DNA of 64,000 nt from Corallochytrium limacisporum Hawaii (Eukaryota > Protista > Pluriformea), in assembly GCA_002811645.1 (NCBI GenBank), contig PDIP01000038.1, forward strand, positions 59,129-123,128, in the 5' to 3' direction. The translations under genes were made by a program, and so were the position numbers. Numbering within the stretch: the stretch's first letter is position 1; the number at the start of each line of letters is the position of its first letter. Below are positions 44,501 to 53,500 of the stretch, in pieces. Under the pieces are notes generated by a model. The model did no database searches and was not told the DNA's origin. It saw only the letters and a program-made list of their open reading frames with translations.

Positions 44501-47500
44501 TCGCTCAACGCATCCAACAGTTGCTTTTCCAGTCTGCGCAGGCGCACCTGGAACTCGCCCTGCAAACGCATCTGATCACGGCGCTTTTGTTCGAGGTCAG
44601 GGCGCTCTGCTTGGAGCACACGGTCAAGGCACTGATTCTGTAGTGAGGACGGCGTCACGGTGAAGTTCACGAACGTCACGCGGGAGCACAGATCCGGTCC
44701 AAACTTGGCCGTGGGGTCACGCGTGCTGAGGTACAACTGGAACGACGGGCTGAAGTCAACCTCTCCATCGGCCACGGGCATGAAAACGCGACCAAGGGCG
44801 CGTCGTACCTCACGGTTGAGCACTGGATTGAGGATGGGATCATAGTACTCGGCATCCTGTACGAGTAACGCGTTGCCGAAACGTAGCGCAGACTCGAGAT
44901 TCTTGCGGAACGATGCGTCGAGGAAAGATGTTTTGATGAGACGCTGCTGTGGCTGTCCACTTGCGACACCACCACGGGACGGCGAGGCACTACCAGACTG
45001 GTTGTAGTAGTTTTCCAAAAAGCGCAGCGCCTGGTCGCTGGGGTCAATAATGAGCGGGTACCGCGCTGTGGCACTGTGACCACCAGACGAGGTGTTGCCG
45101 GCGACGGTGTATCCAAGGCCTCCCGCGCGCTGCTGCAACAGGAGCACAGCGTTCTCGCGACAGAGTGCATCGTTCGGCAATCCGCACTCCTGATGCCAGT
45201 ACAGCTGCTGGTCCGCTGTACTTAGCATGCCGGCAAAACTAAAGGTGTCCGACATCGGGATTCCTGCGTTGAGGAAATGTAGGCGCCACATTTGCACAAT
45301 ACCTTCGCGGTAATGTTGGTCAAGGTAGCCTCCGTACGTTGCAAATCCAGCGGCTAGCAATGCATCTCCCGCAATGGTGCTCATGGCCGCATCAAAGGAG
45401 CTTGACTCTGTGGTCCAGCGCTCCTGTTCGCTCTGGAGGGACTCCAAAATCTGCAGAGAGCGCTGGACCTTGGTCTCGACTGTGTTCAGCTCCTGCTTAA
45501 GACTTTCGGCCTGACTGATGAGAACCGCGTACTCTTCTTTATAGGCGGCAATTGAAGTCTCCAGTTCTTCCAATTTAGCCTGCAACGCCTTCAGCTTCTC
45601 ATCCGACTCGGCAACTTCCTCGTCTGCTGCCTTTAGTTCCTTGCGTAAAGGTCCAACCTTGAGCAGCATTTCAGAGTACTCAACCTGTGCAATTACCCAT
45701 TTGGCCAGAGGACCGCAGGCACGGCTGGCCTTATTGATTTTCTCGTAGCTATAGTCCGGATTGTCTAAGAACTCCTTCATCATTTGTTTGCGCAGATCCT
45801 CCGTCACACGATCTGTGTCGAAGTTAAGAATAGAACTGGTGAAGTTCTCCCTCGCAATTGCACTGCGGATGCTCTTCCAGTCCTTCTGCTTTTCACCCAG
45901 CAGAGTTACCACAGACTCCAAGGCCAGTTTGACCATAGGCGGAGGGTTGGTAAGCGCTCGAATTTCATTCAGTTGGGTCTTCTTGATACCCTGCACTGCC
46001 TCCTTTGCGTCCTGTACGGCAGGTTCAACACCTGCTAACTCTTCCGTGACCTGCGCTCGGCGCTCATTGGCAATGCGACTCTTCTCCTCGACAATGGCGG
46101 AAACACGTACGGCCTCGTCACGCTGCCTTTCGGCCGCCTGCTGGTCCCCAAGCATTTGCTGAAGTTTCTCATTGGCCTCGTGCTGCTTCTGTTGCAGCTC
46201 ATGGCGTTTCACGGCCAGAGACTCCTGCATTACAGTAACCTGCTCCAAGGTCTGCTGCAGCTTGCGGAGACCCGTGTTCAAATGACGCTGTTGATCTTCC
46301 AGGTCAGAACGCTTCATCTGGAAGAGGTGGTTGAAATGATTCACCATATCCAGGTAGTGCCTGGGTGTGATGACGGTTGAAGTGCCACGCTGGCGCTGAA
46401 GACGGCGCATGATGCCCACCATGCTATGGTGCATGTATACAAGGGTATTTACAACCACTGTGCGGAAATCAAAGCCATTCGATGCATCTTCGTCACCGGA
46501 GGGTCGCTTCCAGGTGCTGTCGTGCACGTGGAAGTTGAAAGACGTTGGAGGACTGTAGTCCCTGCGGTCCAGGTCCAATTTCATCGTGAATTCATAAGCA
46601 ACCTGGTTCAGAGCCTGCTGAGACCAATCACCGAACCAGTCGACGACACAGCGATTAAACAGAGCAGGAGATGCACTGGCACGGTCACGCAGACCACCTT
46701 CTCCAGTGGGAGGATTCATTGTGAAGACCACATGCAGGTTTGTCATGATTCGATCCATGAAGAATGCATAACATTCCTCTTCGGTATCTGCACTCATGTC
46801 CTGTCGACGAGCCGCATCGCGCATCTGGCTGATCAGCTGCTGGTACTCATCCCCGTCGAACAGACCAGGAATCTCACCGTTGGCCAGCAGAGTATTGATG
46901 CGTTCCAGGAAACTGGAGTCCAGGATATTGCCTTCATCGATTATGAGACAGATTCGCTCGCCCTGTACAGCACAGCGGCGCAGTACGTTCCGCAGGTCAT
47001 CGTCAAAGTCCTGGGCCCGATAGCGACCATGAACCTTAAGGCTCACGGTGTTCAAACCGTCCAACCACGCAGTAAAGCGAGTCAATGTGGTCTTGCCCGA
47101 ACCACTGAGACCGATCAATAAAGCATGACCCTGTTTCTGTTTCAACACCCGATCGATACGCAAGACTTGGTCAAAGACGTCATCGAACAAAACAAGGGGT
47201 ACATCAAGCTCTTCTTCGTAGAACGTGCGGAGACGGGCCTTCACATAGTCTCGCAGTTCTTCACGATCCACGGAACTGTATTGGCGGCTGAGCCAGTCCG
47301 AATACAAAATCGGAGGTTTCAGAGCTTGCTCCCCATCTACGTTAGGGAAGTGATGCAACACAATTCCCTGGATCATTTCACTGAGGGCCAGACGTTCTTT
47401 TTCATCGACAAGGCGATCCTGGAAGAGGCGAAGAGCTTCATGGGCCCAAATGCGCACAAGATCCTCCAAAGTCAAGTATTCTGTATCCTTCAGAGTCATA

Positions 47501-50500
47501 TAGATGCCTTTGCACCAACGGGTCATCTCACGTGGACTGTAGACATAGTGAGCTTGCATGTCCTGTGTGTACTTCCGCTGGCACCGTGTGTACAGATCAA
47601 TTTGAGCATCTGTTAGTGGCATAGCGTATCCACGCAGGGACGGCTGCAGGCGCATAATTGCCCGGTTGAATGTACCATAGATTTGCTGCAGGGAAGTCTT
47701 CTGTGGATAGTCAACAAAGATAACCGGCACGTGACGCAAGAAGCGCTCAGGTAGAGGCTTGCGGCCAGGATCCGTGGGTGGGTTACAGGCACCGATGAAT
47801 TGAACTCGGTCTAGTTTGATGAACTGTGGTCCGGAGCCAGAGCCCCCAACATCTTTCTGGATATCACCATCTCCTGAGCCACCTGCTTTTCCTACTCCGC
47901 GAAGACCGCCGGTCGGCAACCAGAAGCCGCCTAGCTCAATCATTTGACGCAGGAAGGTTAGTGCACGCTGAGTGCCATATTCATCCGTGGCGGGTAGGTT
48001 TATCTCGTCACAGAAAAGAACTAACCAACGACCTGGGTTGCGAGGGCTCATCACCGTACCAGACGGAGTGCGAGTTGTTCGGCAGTGTTGAACAAGATTC
48101 TTGAGGATGAGCTCAGGAGACGTGGACGAAGAGAAGTTCAAGGTTGTGACATCAACGTTTGGAATGCAACGCAAACTGTTGAGAAGCGACATGGTCTTTC
48201 CACTTCCTGGGGGACCACATAGAACCATAGGATGTCGCTCCTCGAGCCACGTCATCAACAAAGCTTCATGGCGCACGGTGTCCACAGTAGGTACTACGAC
48301 ATCCGGTGCACCAACGCGGTGCGTCTCAATCTCAATCTGCGCAATGCTAGCGCGCCAAGGTACCCATTCACCTGTGACAGCGACATCGTAGTCGATCAAC
48401 ATCGTTGCCTCGGTTCCATCTGAATCCTCACTACCCGACATCATGGGAGGTAACTCGGCAGTGGTGGATTTGGCGAGAGCATCACTGAGCACCTGACGAT
48501 CCTTGAAGGGGCAGTCGCCAGCGAATGCCCACACCAAAGAGTGCAGGAGCCACTTGTTTAGGAAGTCTTCTGTCTGGTTCTCTTCTAGTGGGAAATCAGG
48601 GTGACTCACATTATATGCGTGAATCTTGTGGATGCCACGACTCAACAGGGCACACAGGGAGTTAATGGCTCGCTGTGGAGTGTAGCTCATGATGTGATTG
48701 AGGCACTCTGCGGTGTCGAGCACAATCTGCAGGAGACCAGTCTCCTCCGGCACCGGTGTGTCACATTCCAGAGCATGTATTTCGGTGGCCTCCAGTGAGT
48801 CATGGTCCTCATGGGCGCTCCGCTCAATCAGCTTCTCGACCTTCGAGGCTGACAAACCCAGACGAGGACCCAGGAAGCGGGCTGCTGTCTCCTGAACATT
48901 GCGGAGAACCGCCGTAGACAGTGTGCCATCGCTGTCCAGAAAGTCCACCGACAGCACAGAGGATAGGTACCGCTGGAAGAGCATAGAAAGAGAGACAACG
49001 TCTTCGCTGAACCAGATCATACCACATCGACTGACTGTGGCAAGTGTAGCATATTTGAGATCCTGCGTCTCAAAAATGATTCGTACATTGGGAGGGATGC
49101 CGATGCGCTCACCATTCGGTAAAGTCAGCAGCTTGTTGTCGTCTAACACGGAGTTCAGATTCTCTACCCACTCTGGGTCGACATCACCGTCAAAGATGAT
49201 CCACTGCCGTTTGTTAAGCTCACCTCGAACGTTATCCAGAATTCGACGAAGAATAGATGTAAAGATACCATCTGTCCATTCCCTCGTTGTGTTGTCCATA
49301 AAACCGTACAAGTCGGCCTTAGTGATGGCCTTGGGGTCGATAGTATGAAGCACCGTGTCAACCCCGTCAATATCAAACATGGTCTTTGCGAGACCGCGCA
49401 AGGCTGTGCTCTTGCCACTGCCACTTGGACCGACCAACATGATGCCGTGACTAATGGACTGAATACGGTAAACCTGCAGAACCTTGTCCCGCCAATTGTT
49501 GGTGTACTGGAGTCCATGCTCGCTGCAGTACGTTGCCAGCGCCTTGTCAAGATCTTCTGCTTCCTGTGACATCAACTCTACATCAGGGAAGACATCTTCT
49601 ACGAGAGACTCTAGAAGTGGGCGATCTTGTGGTACGGCCTTCGGCATCACTGTCTCCACCACACTCTGCATGAGAATTTTACGCTCATAAAGTGCTGGTT
49701 CTTTGTCCTGGTGCTGTCCGCTGTCTACCACTTGGCGCTTCAGTGCGCCAGCTGTACCCAGTACTGACTTCAGCGCACGCAAACCAAAGTCATAGTGTGG
49801 TTGTGCGCTAAGCTGTTCCTTGCACATTTGGAAGAATGGCACCACCTTACGCGCCAATGCTTCGGCGCTTTGAAATCCCAAACTAAAGAGCATGACCTCT
49901 GAAATGAGCCGCACATCGGGTACGGTCATGGCTATACTTCGGAACAGCTTCTTCAAATTGTCGGGCAAGTGTGAGCGACCGGCATAGCCTGGGTTCATAG
50001 TCACAAAGATGGCCACTTGTTCATTCAGAGCTAGATCCTTACCCATAAGGTCAGCCTTCAGAGAACCGCTCTGCAGTCCCAACTGAATGTTCTGGATCTG
50101 CTGGCTGACTGCACTGAGGATACGCTCCTCGAGACGATTGAATTCGTCGAAGCAGCCCCAGGCACCGACACGGCATAGACCTGTGAGAATACGGCCCATG
50201 GAACCAAAGTCAAAGGTTTCGTCACAGTTGAACACAACAACGAACTTTCCAAACTGAGCACCCAATGCCTTCACAGATTCTGTTTTACCTGTGCCGGCTG
50301 GGCCGAACGGAGAACCCCCCAGCTTGGCATGCAAGGCTTGGGTGAGAGTGAGGTAACAACGATCTGTGAGAGGCGTCTGCACAAGCTTCTCGGCAACACC
50401 CAGGTACTCAAATCCGTATTTGAAACTAGCATCAGCAATGCGGATAATCAGGCTTTCAGTAACTCCTGATGCAGATGGATCCCAGTAGAACCGCATCTGG

Positions 50501-53500
50501 CATAGCCATTCAAAGTCTTGGGCATCGGTTACCTGGCAGTTGATAAGGTGACGAATGACCTGGCGTTCATGGACTAGCTCAGTGATGATTTGTTCCATCT
50601 TCTTTCGCAGAATGGTTGCCTGATCGCTCAGGACAGCTTTTGCAAACCAGTCCAGCATGTCGTCAATATCAGCTAGGGTCTGCTCAAGCCTCGCCCCGCC
50701 ACCAGCTTCGAGAGCCGCTTCAACTAGGTCAGTCCACCGAACTTGGAAGGCAATATTTATGACTTGGGCAGGGTAAGACTCCAACCATTGCTCCAGCTCT
50801 TCGTTTGCATTACTAACCACGTCATTCAGGGTCGTCACAGCCTTCCCGAGCAGTGAGGCCAGGGTTTGGCACATCTGTTCCTCTACTTTGCCCAACCACT
50901 GGTGGATGGCGGGATGGCGATCAAGTGCGATGGGATCCGAAAAGGCCACCTTCTCACCCTCACGGCTTTCCATGCCCAGTATGGCACGAGCATTTGCATC
51001 GTACGTTAGGGAATGAATGCCTGCATACATTTTGCGGAAATGTCGCTGTATCTTTGTGATGTCGCTGCTGCCATTGCCTACGATCTCGAGCAAATCTTCA
51101 TCGCCAACAAAGTAGAAACGGCTGCAACGGGAACGCTCTCGCTCGAGATAGTTGCCTAATGCCTTCTGGATTTTGTGAATCAAATCCAGGAGACGAGTTA
51201 GAGTCGCATGCAAGTTGTCAATAGCCACAATATCCAGTACGCGTGCCTTTCTTGTGACTTGCTTCATGAGTTGCAAGTATTCACTGGATATGTTCGAGAA
51301 CTTGTTGCTCTCTGACGGAAGCAGACTGCGGATTTCAGAGGAGACAGCTCCGAATATGCCATCTAGGTAAACCCACATGCGCTGCACATCAATCCATGAG
51401 TCGAAAACAACGACCACTTTTTCTAGCTTGTCGATCCATGTCTTAGCTTCTTCCTCAAATATCTTGAAGTACGGACTGTGTTTCATGCTCTGTAGAGCGC
51501 TGATATGCTCGTTAGCCTTTTCGAATAGTTCGTCCCAACCACTGATCAATTTTGTGCGCTGTTTATATCCCACAAGTGTCAGCTCATAGTTGAACCAGAA
51601 CTCTCGGACGTCGATCAAGTACTGCTCAAGGGCCATCTCGCCCTGTGCCGTACTGATCAAATTCTTGACCAATTCCTCATGCTGAGCATTGGCCACAATA
51701 TCAAGAACTCCGGCCATAGTCAATTCAGAAATACTCGCTTTGGAGTTTATGGACCGCAACAGTTGGCGCCAATGCCGCTCTTTAAAGGCATCCGACTTCA
51801 AACTGAACAATGTAGGGCACATTTTAAGACGGTCATTGTACTGTTGCAGACGATGTTCCCATGCTGCATATTGCAAAACTTCCGGAGGCATTCCGCGAAG
51901 CTTCTCAATCAACCTATCAAGGATCTCCTTTGTCTTTCGAGGAATGACGGCTGACCACTGCTGCTCGCCGTAGTCATCATATTCTGCGTCTACAACGTTC
52001 AGATGTTCCCAAACATTTTGTAGATTGCGTAATTCGTCCATGGCAGCATCAATGACTGTGGTCTTCGATTCTGCGGAGAATGTTGCTAGATCCAGACTCT
52101 CCTTTGCCTGAAGGAGATGCTGTTCCTCTTTGTGGACCTTAGCAAGCTTGCTTTCGAATACAAGAATTGCACTGAGAGCCTGGTCAGACTTGAATTGAAA
52201 CCCACTGAGAGGACGTCCAGCAGCCCATTCCCTTACAATTATAGTCGATGACTCACTGAGCCGCTTGTCCTCTTCCAAAATGCGCTCCTTCAGCTCAGCC
52301 ATTCCATCTTGAATAGCATTCTCCCGTCTCTGCAAAATCGACTGGTAAGTTTGCCACTCACTCAGCAGATTGTCAGCGTACAACCAGTTGGACGCCAAAG
52401 TGAACTTTGTCTCTGATTGCAGTGCGCGTGACATCAAAAACTTTTCACCCTTCCCAAACACTTCGATGAGGTCCATGTTACGAGTCTGATTATGGCGACA
52501 TTGACGTACAAGATTTACCATTTCAATCGCACTCGCAGTGTCCCCTGTCTGACCCAGGAACTTGAGGCGTTCAAGCTGAGTGCGCGTTCCGTTGATGTCT
52601 TCTCGTAATGATGCCATTGCTTCCTGCAAGCGGTCGGCAAAACGGTGAACCAGGTCAGTCTGCCAGTGAGCATATTGTTCAGTCATCTTAGACAGAAGTG
52701 CCCCGTAGTCGACGACGCTTAGAGGACCAAATGATTGTAAGGTCTGCGAGCTCCCCATTGATTGTTTGACTGATACCATGTCCTTAACCAGTCGATACCA
52801 CTTACGGATATCTCCCAGGACATGTGATTCAACAGCGTCCATGTCCACAATCCACAAACTTTGGTAGTTGAACCACTGCTTGATGTATGCCTCCACCTTC
52901 TGACTCTGACGCTCGATAATACTTACACACAGGGCCATGGCTTTCTTAACCGACCTTGGCTTTTGTATCTCCGGCTCAATTTCATCATTTGGCGTTTGTG
53001 GCGTCTGCGGAAGCGCATCCAGGGATAGATCGCTTTCTAGAAGACTCACATAGTCTGTGCTCTTCACATTCATGTCCTGCCCAAATCGAGCATCGCGATA
53101 CGTCAACCTCGGAAGAGAAACTATGCTAGTGACCGCATCATTAAGCAACTCATAACCATGGGACCGAACTTGACCAGCAGGTGGTTCACACGAAATTTGG
53201 TTGCCCTTGATGCGCAAACTCACACGAAGTGGATCCAAGAATTGCTCACCACCAGTGATCTTTACTTCACCTGAATCGCCCTCTTGAGAAGTCTGCTCCT
53301 CCCGAATAGCAGCACCCCACCAGTTCAACAGGGACACTACATGGTGGGCAAGGATTTTCTCAATCGCCATGTCCAATCTGTGTGTCCAGACCTTCATATT
53401 TTGGGATCCATGACCTGTGATGCGCAGTGCCAGAAAGTTGACTACGTCTTCTTGAAGCACCCGTAAACAGTCTTTCATCACGGTCGGTCCTTCAGTGAAA

